A stretch of DNA of 64,000 bases, taken from assembly GCA_963717725.1 (NCBI GenBank), contig CAVQWS010000013.1:448-64447 (forward strand), read 5' to 3'. The notes beneath the pieces were generated by a model that saw only the letters and a program-made list of their open reading frames with translations, did not search any database and was not told the origin of the DNA. Every line of letters starts with the position of its first letter. Position 1 is the stretch's first letter. Both the position numbers and the translations under genes were made by a program. The stretch comes from an uncultured Actinomycetes bacterium (GTDB lineage: Bacteria; Actinomycetota; Thermoleophilia; Gaiellales; Gaiellaceae). Below, piece after piece: positions 33,997 to 46,164 of this stretch.

Positions 33997-34632
33997 CTAG
34001 TTTCGGTCGCGAAGTTGCCCGCGAACGCTGAGCACGCGCTGCAGCACGGTGATCCAGGCCGCCACGGCGAGGAAGTAGATCGCCCACTGCAGCCCGCCCC
34101 ACGGCGCGAAGACGAGGCCGCCCGTGATCACGACGACGCGCTCGGCGCGGCTGCCGAGGCCGACGTCGCCCTTCAGGCCGAGCAGCTCGGCCTTGGCCCG
34201 CGCGTAGGAGACGAGGAACGAGCCGGCCATCGCGGCGAAGGTGAAGCCGACCGCGATGTCGTTCCCCTCGCGCGCGAAGACGAGCGCGACCGCGGTCAGC
34301 ACGAAGCCCTCGCTGACGCGGTCGGAGATCGAGTCGACGAACGCCCCGAACGGCGTCGCCTTGCCGCCGTAGCGCGCGAGTGCCCCGTCGAGGATGTCGA
34401 GCACCGAGCCGACCACGAACACCACGGCCGCGAGCCAATACAGGAGCCACGGGCGGTGGTAGGCGAACCAGATGATCACCGCCGAGGCCGCGCAGAGGGT
34501 GATCCCGGCCGCGGTCAGCGCGTTCGGTGTCACGCGCGTGCGCGCGAGGCCGCCGATCCAGCGCGCGGCGAGCCTGCGGGTGCCGTCGGTGTAGCCGCGC
34601 TTGACCCAGGCGAGGGTCTCGGCGCGGGTCAC
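33997..34632 (-). CDS. CDP-alcohol phosphatidyltransferase (PgsA1 / phosphatidylinositol-phosphate-synthase-like)
   Basis: The GTG start overlaps the upstream TGA. Family signature D-G-x2-A-R-x8-G-x3-D-x3-D appears as 'DILDGALARYGGKATPFGAFVDSISD'. Confidence 0.85.
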   Translation of the reverse strand: MTRAETLAWVKRGYTDGTRRLAARWIGGLARTRVTPNALTAAGITLCAASAVIIWFAYHRPWLLYWLAAVVFVVGSVLDILDGALARYGGKATPFGAFVDSISDRVSEGFVLTAVALVFAREGNDIAVGFTFAAMAGSFLVSYARAKAELLGLKGDVGLGSRAERVVVITGGLVFAPWGGLQWAIYFLAVAAWITVLQRVLSVRGQLRDRN

Positions 34633-35381
34633 GCGCTTACGGTCGCGGTGCGGCGGCGTCGCAGCGGGTTGCGGTAGACGATCAGGCCTGCGATCACCGC
34701 CACGAGGATGCCGGCGACGATGTCGAGCCAGAAGTGGTTGCCCGTGGCCATCACGCTGAACCAGACCCAGCCCGGCCAGAGCAGCCAGAGCACCTTGGCG
34801 AAGCGGCTGCGGCAGACCGAGGCGAGCACGATCCCGACGATCAGCGCGTCGGCTGCGTGCAGGCTCGGCATCGCCGCGTACGGGTTGGCCGCGAACTCGA
34901 CGAGACCGCTCCCGTGGTTGAGCTCGCCGAAGTTCGAGAGCGTGTCGTTGAAGCCGAAGTCCGGGAACATCCGAGGCGGCGCGGTCGGCAGCAGCACGTA
35001 GCCGATCAGCCCGAAGGCATTCGCCAGCAGGATCCAGTTGCGGAAGCGGATGAACGCCTCGTTGCGGCGCAGGTAGACCCAGAGCAGCGCCAGCCCGAGC
35101 ACTGTGAACTCGGAGTTCCAGTACGTCCACGAGGCCAACGTCGCCAGCAGGTGGGAGCCGTCGACGGCCCGCTGCAGGCTCAGCTCGATCAGCCCGTGGA
35201 CATGGCGCTCGATCCCGATCACGTGCAGGCCGTTGTCGAAGGCCTTCGGCGGGTTGCGGTCGGCGATCCCACGCGCCACCTGGTACAGGCCGAGGAACCC
35301 GAACCAGATCGCGAGTTGAAGGCCGAAATCTGCCCAACCACGTGGCAGAACCCGGCGGCCAGCTGAGACGAGAGCGCTCAC
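34629..35381 (-). CDS. PAP2-superfamily membrane protein of the Aur1/Ipt1 (PAP2_3, inositol-phosphotransferase-like) type
   Basis: GTG 35381 in track ORF 34629..35471. 'LLPTAPPRMFP', 'MPSLHAADA', 'ATGNHFWLDIVAG' (H-x3-D). Confidence 0.7.
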   Translation of the reverse strand: MSALVSAGRRVLPRGWADFGLQLAIWFGFLGLYQVARGIADRNPPKAFDNGLHVIGIERHVHGLIELSLQRAVDGSHLLATLASWTYWNSEFTVLGLALLWVYLRRNEAFIRFRNWILLANAFGLIGYVLLPTAPPRMFPDFGFNDTLSNFGELNHGSGLVEFAANPYAAMPSLHAADALIVGIVLASVCRSRFAKVLWLLWPGWVWFSVMATGNHFWLDIVAGILVAVIAGLIVYRNPLRRRRTATVSA

Positions 35382-35430
35382 GGGAACGCCAAATTGTAAC
35401 GTCCTTGCAGGAGGGCTTCTTCCCGAGCGC

Positions 35431-36420
35431 TCAACCCCCGATTTGTGACATCGAGCGCGAGGCCCGTACAAACCCGGGGTCGTTGATCTTGTGCTTCAGC
35501 TCCTTGTGGCGTACCGCGAAGCGCAGCAGCCGTTCGAGCTCCGCGTCGGAAGCGCCCTCGCGCAGCGGGGTCTTCAGGTCCCATTCGCGGCGCGAGAAGA
35601 GGCACGTGCGCAGCTGGCCGTCGGCTGTCAGGCGGATCCGGTCGCAGCTCGAGCAGAAGGGCTCGGACACCGGATTGACGAAACCGATCTCGCCGGCGCC
35701 GTCGGCGAAGCGGAAGCGGCGCGCGGTCGAGGAAGCCTTCGCCGGAACCTCCTCGAGCGGCCAGCGTTCCTCGATCAGGGCGCGGATCTCGGCGCCGGTG
35801 AGCACGTCGTCGCCGCGCCACGACTCATCCGCGTCGAGCGGCATGAACTCGATGAAGCGCACCACGTACGGCTTGCGCCGGGCGAGCTCGGCCAGCGCCG
35901 GCACCTCGACCTCGGTGAAGCCGCGCATCGCCACGCAGTTGACCTTGATCGGCCGCAGCTCCGGGTACCGCTCGGCCTCCTCGAGCCCGGCGAGCACGCG
36001 ATCGAGCGCGTCGCGGCGCGTGATCTCGGTGAAGCGCACGTGCGAGAGCGAGTCGAGCGAGACGTTCAGGCGGGTCAGGCCAGCCTCGACGAGCGGCCCC
36101 GCCAGGCGGTCGAGCAGGACGCCATTCGTCGTCAGCGAGAGGTCGGTTACGCCGGGGATCGAGCCGAGCTGCTCGACGAGCACCGGCAGGTCGCGGCGCA
36201 CGAGCGGCTCGCCGCCGGTCAGTCGCACCTCGTCGACGCCGAGGCTCGCGAGCACGCGCACGAGCCGCGCGATCTCCTCGAAGCTCAGCAGCTCCTCGCG
36301 CTCGAGCCACTCGAGCCCCTCGGCCGGCATGCAGTAGCGGCAGCGGAAGTTGCACTTGTCGGTGACGGAGACCCGCAGGCTCTTGATCTCGCGTCCCCAG
36401 GAATCGCGCAGCGGCTCCAT
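35431..36420 (-). CDS. moaA: GTP 3',8-cyclase (molybdenum cofactor biosynthesis protein A)
   Basis: Radical-SAM 'CNFRCRYC', C-terminal cluster 'CSSCDRIRLTADGQLRTCLF', terminal 'SQIGG'. Confidence 0.92.
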   Translation of the reverse strand: MEPLRDSWGREIKSLRVSVTDKCNFRCRYCMPAEGLEWLEREELLSFEEIARLVRVLASLGVDEVRLTGGEPLVRRDLPVLVEQLGSIPGVTDLSLTTNGVLLDRLAGPLVEAGLTRLNVSLDSLSHVRFTEITRRDALDRVLAGLEEAERYPELRPIKVNCVAMRGFTEVEVPALAELARRKPYVVRFIEFMPLDADESWRGDDVLTGAEIRALIEERWPLEEVPAKASSTARRFRFADGAGEIGFVNPVSEPFCSSCDRIRLTADGQLRTCLFSRREWDLKTPLREGASDAELERLLRFAVRHKELKHKINDPGFVRASRSMSQIGG

Positions 36421-36501
36421 TCCGGCAGCCTAGCCGAGGTTTCGGTGGATCAAAGGTGCGGAAGATCGGCGGAGCAAATCTCGACCCAAGGGAGGAATCA
36501 G

Positions 36502-36573
36502 ATGTCCGACATGGAGCAGGAAGGCCAGGGCGGCCAGGACGCACCGGACACCGACGACCAGGGCGGCGGCTGA
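36502..36573 (+). CDS. Acidic Gly/Gln-rich micro-ORF (23 aa as written; possibly continues to 36658 in another frame)
   Basis: SD GGGAGG lies 6 nt before the ATG. Sequence 'MSDMEQEGQGGQDAPDTDDQGGG*'. The next frame reads 'EGGGGSEGGGSEGGGMGGDDDQESGGGM*' and ends 20 nt before a terminator. Confidence 0.45.
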   Translation: MSDMEQEGQGGQDAPDTDDQGGG

Positions 36574-36678
36574 AGGCGGCGGCGGCTCCGAGGGCGGCGG
36601 CTCCGAAGGCGGCGGCATGGGCGGCGACGACGACCAGGAGTCCGGCGGGGGCATGTAGCCCCTCCAGCTCTTCGTTGT

Positions 36679-36712
36679 GAAGGCGCCCACGACGGGCGCC
36701 TTCCTTCGTTTC
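36679..36712 (+). terminator. Rho-independent-type terminator (10-bp stem GAAGGCGCCC/GGGCGCCTTC, 5-nt loop, then CTTCGTTTC)
   Basis: Perfect inverted repeat at 36679-36703, read directly. Confidence 0.6.
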
Positions 36713-36728
36713 GGAGGGAGGTGACGAG

Positions 36729-36854
36729 ATGACCGAGCGTGAGACCGAGAGCCCGGAGGAGCAGGACGACCGCGAGCAGGCGGACGGGGCCGAAGGCTGG
36801 GAGGAGACGAACGACGAGCCCGCGCAGGGCGAGGGCGGCCAGGAGAGCGTGTAA
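36729..36854 (+). CDS. Acidic micro-protein (41 aa)
   Basis: SD GGAGGGAGG lies 7 nt before the ATG. Sequence 'MTERETESPEEQDDREQADGAEGWEETNDEPAQGEGGQESV*'. Too short for the track. Confidence 0.45.
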   Translation: MTERETESPEEQDDREQADGAEGWEETNDEPAQGEGGQESV

Positions 36855-36876
36855 CCCAGCGCCCTAGACTCGCGCC

Positions 36877-37740
36877 GTGCCGTTGCTGGCGCTGATCGCG
36901 GTCACGGCCGTTTGGGGCGTCACCTTCGTCCAGGTCAAGGACGCGGTCGACGTCTACCCGCTGTTCGCGTTCCTGGCGGTGCGCTATGCGATCGCGACCG
37001 GCGTGCTCGCGGTCGCGGGCGGTCGGCGCGTGCTCACGCTCGGCCGCTCCGGCATTGCCGCAGGCGCGGTGCTCGGCGGGCTGCTCGGGCTCGGGATCGG
37101 GCTGCAGACCGCGGGGCTCGAGCGGACCACCGTCTCGAGCACCGGGTTCATCACCGGGCTCTACGTCGTGCTGACGCCGCTCTTCGGGCTGCTGCTCTTT
37201 CGCACGACAGTGGGGCTCGAGGTCTGGGCCGGCGTCGTGCTCGCGGTCGTCGGGCTCGCGCTGCTGAGCGGCGTCGACGTCGGCTCGCCCGTGGGCGACC
37301 TGCTCGTGCTCGCCTCCGCCGCGGCGCAGGCGCTGCAGATCGTGATGGTCGAGCGCTACGCCAACCGCTACGACGTGATCGCCCTGGTGCTCGTCGAGAT
37401 GGGCGCCTGCTTCGCGGGCTTCCTCGCGATCGCGCTGGCGCTCGGCCAGCTCGAGGTGCCCCACGGCCGCACGGTGTGGGGTGCCCTGATCGTGACCGGC
37501 GTCTTCGCCAGCGCGCTCGCCTACCTGATCCAGGTCTGGGCACAGCGGCGCATCTCGGCGGCGCGGATCGCGGTCGTCTTTTCGCTCGAGACGGTCTTCG
37601 CCGGGATCTTCGGCTACTGGCTGGCCGACGACCGCCTCGGCTGGCTGGGGTGGGGCGGCTGCGCGATCATCCTGGCCGGAATCGTGCTCGCAGAGCCCAC
37701 GGCTGCGCGGTTCCTGCGTAGCTTGCTACCATCTGACTGA
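36877..37740 (+). CDS. EamA/DMT-family transporter
   Basis: Ten predicted TM helices in two EamA-like halves; '[10 protein letters not shown]' N-terminus. Confidence 0.8.
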   Translation: MPLLALIAVTAVWGVTFVQVKDAVDVYPLFAFLAVRYAIATGVLAVAGGRRVLTLGRSGIAAGAVLGGLLGLGIGLQTAGLERTTVSSTGFITGLYVVLTPLFGLLLFRTTVGLEVWAGVVLAVVGLALLSGVDVGSPVGDLLVLASAAAQALQIVMVERYANRYDVIALVLVEMGACFAGFLAIALALGQLEVPHGRTVWGALIVTGVFASALAYLIQVWAQRRISAARIAVVFSLETVFAGIFGYWLADDRLGWLGWGGCAIILAGIVLAEPTAARFLRSLLPSD

Positions 37741-37769
37741 GGTTTTCTCACAACGAAGGAGATAGACAC

Positions 37770-39674
37770 ATGGCGAAGACGATCGGCATCGACCTCGGCA
37801 CGACCAACTCTGCGATGGGCGTGATCGAGGCCGGCGAGCCGGCCGTGATTCCGAACGCCGAGGGCGGCCGCACGACGCCGTCCGTGGTGGCGTTCACGAG
37901 CGACGGCCAGCGGCTCGTCGGGGCGCCCGCGAAGCGCCAGCAGGTGACGAACCCTCAGAACACCATCTTCTCGATCAAGCGCTTCATGGGCCGCAAGTTC
38001 GGCGAGGTGAGCGAGGAGATGAAGATCGTCCCGTACGAGGTCGAGGAAGGCCCGAACGGCGACGTGCGCGTCAAGGCGGAGGGCAAGGACTACGCCCCGC
38101 CGGAGATCAGCGCGATGATCCTCCAGAAGCTGAAGGCTGACGCCGAGGCGTATCTCGGCGAGGCGGTCACCGACGCGGTGATCACCGTTCCGGCCTACTT
38201 CAACAACGCGCAGCGCGAGGCGACCAAGGACGCCGGCAAGATCGCCGGGCTCAACGTCCTGCGGATCATCAACGAGCCGACCGCCGCGGCGCTCGCGTAC
38301 GGCCTCGACAAGGAGGCCTCCGACCACACGATCCTCGTCTTCGACCTCGGCGGCGGCACGTTCGACGTGTCGGTGCTCGAGCTCGGCGAGGGCGTCTTCG
38401 AGGTGAAGGCCACCAACGGCGACAACCACCTCGGCGGCGACAACTTCGACAAGACGATCGTCGACTGGATGGTCGCCGAGTTCAAGCGCGACCAGGGCAT
38501 CGACCTGGCGCAGGACAAGATGGCCCTGCAGCGCCTCTACGAGGCGGCCGAGCGCGCGAAGATCGAGCTCTCCTCGACGATGACGACGCAGATCAACCTG
38601 CCGTTCGTCACCGCCACTCCGGAGGGCCCGAAGCACCTCGACCTGACGCTCACGCGCGCGAAGCTCGACGAGCTGACTGCGGAGCTGCTCGAGCGCACGG
38701 TCGGCCCGACGAAGCAGGTGCTCGCGGACGCGGGCATCGAGGCCTCGGCGATCGACCACGTCGTGCTGGTGGGCGGCATGACCCGCATGCCCGCCGTGCA
38801 GGAGAAGGTCAAGGCCCTGATCGGCAAGGACCCGCACAAGGGCGTCAACCCGGACGAGGTCGTCGCCGTCGGCGCGGCCATCCAGGGCGGCGTGCTCAAG
38901 GGCGAGGTCAAGGACGTGCTCCTGCTCGACGTCACCCCGCTGTCGCTGGGGATCGAGACCAAGGGCGGCGTCTTCACGCGCCTGATCGAGCGCAACACGA
39001 CCATCCCGACCAAGAAGTCGGAGACGTTCACGACGGCCGAGGACAACCAGCCGTCCGTCGAGGTGCACGTGCTCCAGGGCGAGTCGGAGATGGCGCTCTA
39101 CAACAAGACGCTCGGCAAGTTCCAGCTCGTCGGCATCCCGCCGGCGATGCGGGGCACGCCGCAGATCGAGGTCACCTTCGACATCGACGCGAACGGGATC
39201 ATCAACGTCTCGGCACGAGACCACGGCACCGGGAACGAGCAGCAGATCAAGATCGAGGGCGGCTCGGGCCTGAAGCCGGAGGAGGTCGAGCAGATGATCA
39301 AGGACGCGGAGGCGCACGCCGACGAGGCGCACCACCTGCGCGAGCTGGCCGACGCCAAGAACGTGGCCGAGTCGCTCGCGTACGCGACCGAGAAGAGCCT
39401 CAAGGAGCACCGCGAGAAGCTCGACGAGAGCGAGGCCTCGACGATCGAGGGCCGCGTGATGGAGCTCAAGCAGGCGCTCGAGTCCGACGACCTGAGCGAG
39501 ATCCGCTCCAAGACGGACGCGCTCCAGGAGGCCTCGCAGAAGCTCGCCGAGGCGGTCTACGCCCAGGCGGCGCAGGCGCAGGCCTCGGCCGGCGGCAACG
39601 GTGAGGCGACCGAGTCCGACGACGAGGTGATCGAGGACGCCGAGGTCGTGGACGAGGAGGCCAAGACCTCGTGA
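37770..39674 (+). CDS. dnaK: Molecular chaperone DnaK (Hsp70)
   Basis: '[10 protein letters not shown]', '[12 protein letters not shown]', '[10 protein letters not shown]'. Confidence 0.98.
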   Translation: MAKTIGIDLGTTNSAMGVIEAGEPAVIPNAEGGRTTPSVVAFTSDGQRLVGAPAKRQQVTNPQNTIFSIKRFMGRKFGEVSEEMKIVPYEVEEGPNGDVRVKAEGKDYAPPEISAMILQKLKADAEAYLGEAVTDAVITVPAYFNNAQREATKDAGKIAGLNVLRIINEPTAAALAYGLDKEASDHTILVFDLGGGTFDVSVLELGEGVFEVKATNGDNHLGGDNFDKTIVDWMVAEFKRDQGIDLAQDKMALQRLYEAAERAKIELSSTMTTQINLPFVTATPEGPKHLDLTLTRAKLDELTAELLERTVGPTKQVLADAGIEASAIDHVVLVGGMTRMPAVQEKVKALIGKDPHKGVNPDEVVAVGAAIQGGVLKGEVKDVLLLDVTPLSLGIETKGGVFTRLIERNTTIPTKKSETFTTAEDNQPSVEVHVLQGESEMALYNKTLGKFQLVGIPPAMRGTPQIEVTFDIDANGIINVSARDHGTGNEQQIKIEGGSGLKPEEVEQMIKDAEAHADEAHHLRELADAKNVAESLAYATEKSLKEHREKLDESEASTIEGRVMELKQALESDDLSEIRSKTDALQEASQKLAEAVYAQAAQAQASAGGNGEATESDDEVIEDAEVVDEEAKTS

Positions 39675-40162
39675 CCGAGGAGCGTGAGCTCACGCTCGAG
39701 GAGCAGGTGGCGGCGCTCGAGGCCGAGCGCGACGAGCACCTGAACGACCTCAAGCGGGTCGCGGCCGAGTTCGAGAACTACCGCAAGCGGGTCCTGCGCG
39801 ACCAGGAGAGCCTGGTCGCGCGGGCCCACGAGCGGCTCGTCAAGGAGCTGCTGCCCGTGCTCGACGATCTCGAGCGGGCGCTCGCCGCCGCCGAGGAGCA
39901 CGAGGAGGCGAAGCTCGAGGAGGGCGTCCGGCTCGTGCACCGCGAGCTTGCGGACGCGCTCGCGCGCGAGGGGCTCGCCGAGATCGAGACCAACGGCGTC
40001 TTCGACCCGCACGTCCACGAGGCGCTGCTCTCGCAGCCGTCCGACCAGGACGAGGGCTCCGTGCTAGAGGTGGTGCAGAGGGGCTACCGGCTGGGCGACC
40101 GCGTGCTGCGGCCGGCCCGCGTGGTGGTCGCCGCGCCGCGGGAGGACGATGGCGGCAGTTAA
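39671..40162 (+). CDS. grpE: Nucleotide exchange factor GrpE
   Basis: 4-nt overlap with dnaK. 'AEFENYRKR' and 'DPHVHEAL' GrpE motifs. Confidence 0.92.
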   Translation: MTEERELTLEEQVAALEAERDEHLNDLKRVAAEFENYRKRVLRDQESLVARAHERLVKELLPVLDDLERALAAAEEHEEAKLEEGVRLVHRELADALAREGLAEIETNGVFDPHVHEALLSQPSDQDEGSVLEVVQRGYRLGDRVLRPARVVVAAPREDDGGS

Positions 40163-41213
40163 GGACCTGTACGGGACGCTCGGCGTCTCGAAGAGCGCGA
40201 GCCAGGACGAGATCAAGAAGGCGTATCGCAAGCTCGCGCGCCAGTACCACCCGGACGCGAACCCGGGCGACGACTCCGCGGAGGAGCGCTTCAAGGAGGT
40301 CCAGGGCGCCTACGACGTGCTCTCGGATCCCGAGAAGCGGAAGCAGTACGACCGCTTCGGCTCCGCCAACGGCCGCGGGCCGGGCCCGGGCGGCGTCAAC
40401 TTCGAGGGCTTCGACTTCGCCGACCTCGGCGATTTGGGTGACATCTTCGGCGGCATCTTCGGCGCGCGCGGCCGCGCGCAGCAGCAGCCGCGCGGCCAGC
40501 GCGGGAGCGATCTCGAGGTCGAGGTGCGGCTCTCGTTCGACGACTCGCTCAAGGGTGTCGAGACGACGATCCCGGTCGAGCTCGAGACCGCCTGCCGCGA
40601 GTGCAACGGCTCGGGCGCGAGGCCCGGGACGGCGCCGGTGCTCTGCCCGGAGTGCCACGGCCGCGGCGTCATCTCCGAGAGCCAGGGTCTGTTCGCGCTC
40701 TCGCAGCCGTGTCCGCGCTGCCGCGGGAACGGCACCGTGATCGAGGAGCCGTGCCCGAACTGCCGCGGCACCGGCCGCGAGCGGCGCACCAAGCGCTACA
40801 CGGTCAAGATCCCCGCAGGCGTCAAGGACGGCTCGCGGATCCGCCTGCGCGGGAAGGGCGAGGCGGGCTGGGGCGGCGCCGAGGCGGGCGACCTCTACGT
40901 CGTCACGCGCGTCGCGCCCTCGGACACCTACACCCGCCGCGGTGACGACCTCGTCGTCGACGTGCCGGTCAGCTACCCCGAGGCGACGCTCGGCGCTCAG
41001 GTGCAGGTGCCGACCCCGGACGGGCCGGTGACCGTGAAGGTCAAGCCGGGCACCGAGGACGGGACGCTTCTGCGCGTGAAGGGCAAGGGCGCGCCGAAGC
41101 TGAAGGGCTCCGGCCGTGGCAACGTCCTCGCGCGCGTGAAGCTGACCGTGCCGAAGAAGCTCTCGAAGCAGGAGCGCGAGGCGATCGAGGCGCTCCGCGA
41201 GGCGAGTGGATGA
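40149..41213 (+). CDS. dnaJ: Co-chaperone DnaJ
   Basis: J-domain 'YHPDANPGD', G/F linker, and four CxxCxG zinc-finger repeats ([32 protein letters not shown]). Confidence 0.97.
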   Translation: MAAVKDLYGTLGVSKSASQDEIKKAYRKLARQYHPDANPGDDSAEERFKEVQGAYDVLSDPEKRKQYDRFGSANGRGPGPGGVNFEGFDFADLGDLGDIFGGIFGARGRAQQQPRGQRGSDLEVEVRLSFDDSLKGVETTIPVELETACRECNGSGARPGTAPVLCPECHGRGVISESQGLFALSQPCPRCRGNGTVIEEPCPNCRGTGRERRTKRYTVKIPAGVKDGSRIRLRGKGEAGWGGAEAGDLYVVTRVAPSDTYTRRGDDLVVDVPVSYPEATLGAQVQVPTPDGPVTVKVKPGTEDGTLLRVKGKGAPKLKGSGRGNVLARVKLTVPKKLSKQEREAIEALREASG

Positions 41214-41401
41214 GAGTCGGGCTCGTCAGCTTCCTGAGCGGGTTGGCCCTCTACCTGGTTGCTGGGATCTCGCAGCTCTCGTACGAGCAGCCGCGTCCCG
41301 GCTGGATCAACCCGCTCTGGCTGGTGGCCACGCTGCTCGTCGTGCTCGGCCTGCTCGCGATGGTCAACACCGCCGTACGCGTCCACCGGGAGCGAATGTG
41401 A
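41210..41401 (+). CDS. Small two-TM membrane protein (63 aa) between dnaJ and hspR
   Basis: Overlaps both neighbours by 4 nt (ATGA at dnaJ, GTGA at hspR). '[16 protein letters not shown]' and '[17 protein letters not shown]'. Confidence 0.5.
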   Translation: MRVGLVSFLSGLALYLVAGISQLSYEQPRPGWINPLWLVATLLVVLGLLAMVNTAVRVHRERM

Positions 41402-41759
41402 TCGACGAGCGCCCGCGCTACATGATCTCCGTCGCAGCCGAGCTCGTCGGCATGCACCCGCAGACCCTGCGCATGTACGAGCAGAAGGGCCTCGTGCGAC
41501 CGCAGCGCACCGCCGGGAACACCCGCCTCTACTCGGAGGCCGACCTCGAGCGGCTGCGCCTGATCCAGCGGCTGACGGGCGAGCTCGGGCTCAACCTCGC
41601 CGGCGTCGAGGCCGTGCTCGGGCTCGAGGAGCAGTTGCAGCTGATGCAGGCGCGGATGGAGCGCCTCGAGCGCGAGATGCGTGAAGCCGTCGCCAGCGTG
41701 CACAGGCAGTACCGCCGCGACCTCGTCCTCTACGACGAAACCCAACTACCGGAGCGAAA

Positions 41760-41778
<19 letters not shown>
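41398..41778 (+). CDS. hspR: Heat-shock repressor HspR (MerR family)
   Basis: GTG 41398 in track ORF 41206..41778. HTH '[38 protein letters not shown]'. It is in the classical position after dnaJ. Confidence 0.88.
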
Positions 41779-44224
<2,446 letters not shown>

Positions 44225-44225
<1 letters not shown>

Positions 44226-45007
44226 TGGCCAGACAGGCGAGACCCAAGGAGCCGCTGCCGCCGGCGCTGCCGCCGGAGACCCGCCCGGTCGGGCAGCTGA
44301 TCGGCGAGGCGATCAAGCTCTACGGCCGGCGGTTCTGGCCCTCGCTCGCGCTCGGCCTGCCGATCGGCATCTTCGGCGCGGTCGCGCGCGCCTTCGACGG
44401 CTGGACGTACGCGATCTTCAGCGTCACCGTCGGCGCGCTGCTGCTGACGCTGACCTACGTCGGCGCGGCGGTGATCGCCGCCGAGCGGCCGATACCGCGG
44501 CGCCGGCTGTTCGTCGCGTTCGCGGCTGGGATCGTCGTCTTCCTGCCGTTCCCGGTGCTCGTGCAGCTCTACATCCTCCCGGCGGTCGCGTGGTTCGCGC
44601 TCGTCGGGCTCGCCGTGCCGGCGGCGGTGATCGAAGGAACCGGGTTCGTCGCCTCGCTCAAGCGCGGCTTCCAGCTCGGGCGCGCCGACTACGTGCACTC
44701 GCTCGGCACGATGGCGGCGCTCGGGATCCTCTTCTACCTCTCGACGCGCGTGCTCGCGGTGGCGCTCAACGCCGGCAGCGGTCAGGCGGCCGAGATCGCG
44801 CGGCCGCTCTCCGAGGGTGTGCTCTGGCCGGTCGTCGTGCTCGGCGCGAGCCTCCTCTACTTCGACCAGGCCGCCCGAGTAGAGTCGGGCCGTCCGCGAT
44901 CGAGGAGGAACCGCGATGCCGACCTACATCATGCTCTCGAGCCTGACCGCCCAGGGCGTGCAGACCCTGAAGGCGAACCCCGACCGGCTGCGGGAGGTCA
45001 ACCGTGA
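44225..45007 (+). CDS. Polytopic membrane protein, function unknown
   Basis: The ATG overlaps the clpB stop (TGATG). It lies in the tail frame of track ORF 41681..45007, with 5-6 TM helices. The last ~30 codons are Arg/Pro-rich and overlap the GYD gene by 92 nt, so the true 3' end is doubtful. Confidence 0.6.
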
Positions 45008-45203
45008 CGTCGAGGAGCTCGGTGCGAAGGTCGTGCACCAGTGGGCGACGCTCGGGCCGTTCGACTTCGTGAACGTGGTCGAGGCGCCCGACCCCGAGAC
45101 GATCGCCCGCGTGTCGGTGGCGCTCGGTGCCCGTGGCAGCGCGAAGCTGCAGACGCTGTCGGCGTTCTCGATCGACGAGTTCCTCTCGTCGCTCAACCGC
45201 TAG
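44916..45203 (+). CDS. GYD-domain protein
   Basis: SD GAGGAGGAA upstream. '[11 protein letters not shown]...WATLGPFDFVNVVEAPD' matches the GYD family pattern. Confidence 0.8.
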   Translation: MPTYIMLSSLTAQGVQTLKANPDRLREVNRDVEELGAKVVHQWATLGPFDFVNVVEAPDPETIARVSVALGARGSAKLQTLSAFSIDEFLSSLNR

Positions 45204-46086
45204 CGGCCACGGCGACCTGCGCCGCGAGGCGCGCGTTGGCGACGATCAGCTCGCGATTCACCTCGAGCGTGCGGCCGTCGCTGCGCTCGTGCAGGTACGA
45301 GAGCACGAACGGCGTCACGGCCTGGCCGTGGATGCCCTGCGCAGCGGCCGCGGCCAGCGCTTCCTCGATCAGCGGCTCGACGTCGACGCCGTCGACGGGA
45401 TCGCGCGCGAGCAGCAGTGCTGCGCCACCGAGCTCCCAGTGCGCTTCGGCCGTGCGCGCCGCCTGGTCGGCGTCGTCGACGCGCGCCGAGACGGGCGGCC
45501 CGCCGCCGGCGCTGTAGAAGAGCGGCAGCTCGTCGGTGCGGTAGCCGAGCACCGGCACGCCCAGCGTCTCCAGCAGCTCCGCGGTCGCGGGGACGTCGAG
45601 CAGCGACTTGATCCCGGAGGAGACGACGAGCGCCGGGGTGCGGGCTAGCTGCGCCAGATCGGCGGAGATGTCGGGGCGCTCCGCGAAGCCGCGGTGGACG
45701 CCGCCGATCCCGCCGGTGCCCATGAACCTGATGCCCGCGAGGCGCGCGGCCGCGAGCGTGCCGCCGACGGTCGTCGCGCCGAGCTCGCCGCTCGCCACGC
45801 AGGCGGCGAGATCGCGCGGGCCGGCCTTGCGCGCGCCGGCTCCGGCCTCGCCGAAGCGCTCGAGCTCGCCGGCGTCGAGCCCGACCACCACCTGGCCGTC
45901 GAGCACACCAACCGTTGCGGGCATGGCCCCTTCGGCCCTGACCGCCGCATCCGCGGCCCGACCCACCTCCACCCCCACCCCGGGTGGGAACCCGTGTGCG
46001 ACCAGCGTAGTCTCGAGCGCGACTACCGGGTCGCCCTCGTGAAGCATTTGTTGCACTTCCGGCGCGATTCGGAGCGCCTCCGTCAC
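45193..46086 (-). CDS. psuG: Pseudouridine-5'-phosphate glycosidase
   Basis: 'VVALETTLVAHGFP', 'GATTVGGT', 'MGTGGIGGVHRG' (indigoidine synthase A-like family). Confidence 0.88.
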   Translation of the reverse strand: MTEALRIAPEVQQMLHEGDPVVALETTLVAHGFPPGVGVEVGRAADAAVRAEGAMPATVGVLDGQVVVGLDAGELERFGEAGAGARKAGPRDLAACVASGELGATTVGGTLAAARLAGIRFMGTGGIGGVHRGFAERPDISADLAQLARTPALVVSSGIKSLLDVPATAELLETLGVPVLGYRTDELPLFYSAGGGPPVSARVDDADQAARTAEAHWELGGAALLLARDPVDGVDVEPLIEEALAAAAAQGIHGQAVTPFVLSYLHERSDGRTLEVNRELIVANARLAAQVAVAASG

Positions 46087-46164
46087 TTCCGCGCTCCGCT
46101 TTGTGCCGCCTTCCGAGACGTCCTCATCCCGTCACTCACAGGACGAAACCAGACGCGTAGCGTG

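Noticed and set aside
36421-36501. Molybdenum-cofactor riboswitch in the moaA leader.
   Set aside because: The leader is only 81 nt, and I could not find the conserved Moco-element stems or loops.
36502-36854. Pup-like (prokaryotic ubiquitin-like) identity for the acidic micro-proteins.
   Set aside because: Neither ends in GGQ or GGE (sORF2 has GGQ followed by ESV). No Pup helix-forming region or pupylation genes are nearby.
37707-37740. Possible HspR operator (HAIR, CTTGAGT-N7-ACTCAAG) upstream of dnaK: CTTGCTA-CCATCTG-ACTGAGG.
   Set aside because: Only 9 of 14 consensus positions match and the two halves are not good inverted repeats of each other. I saw no better site upstream of clpB either.
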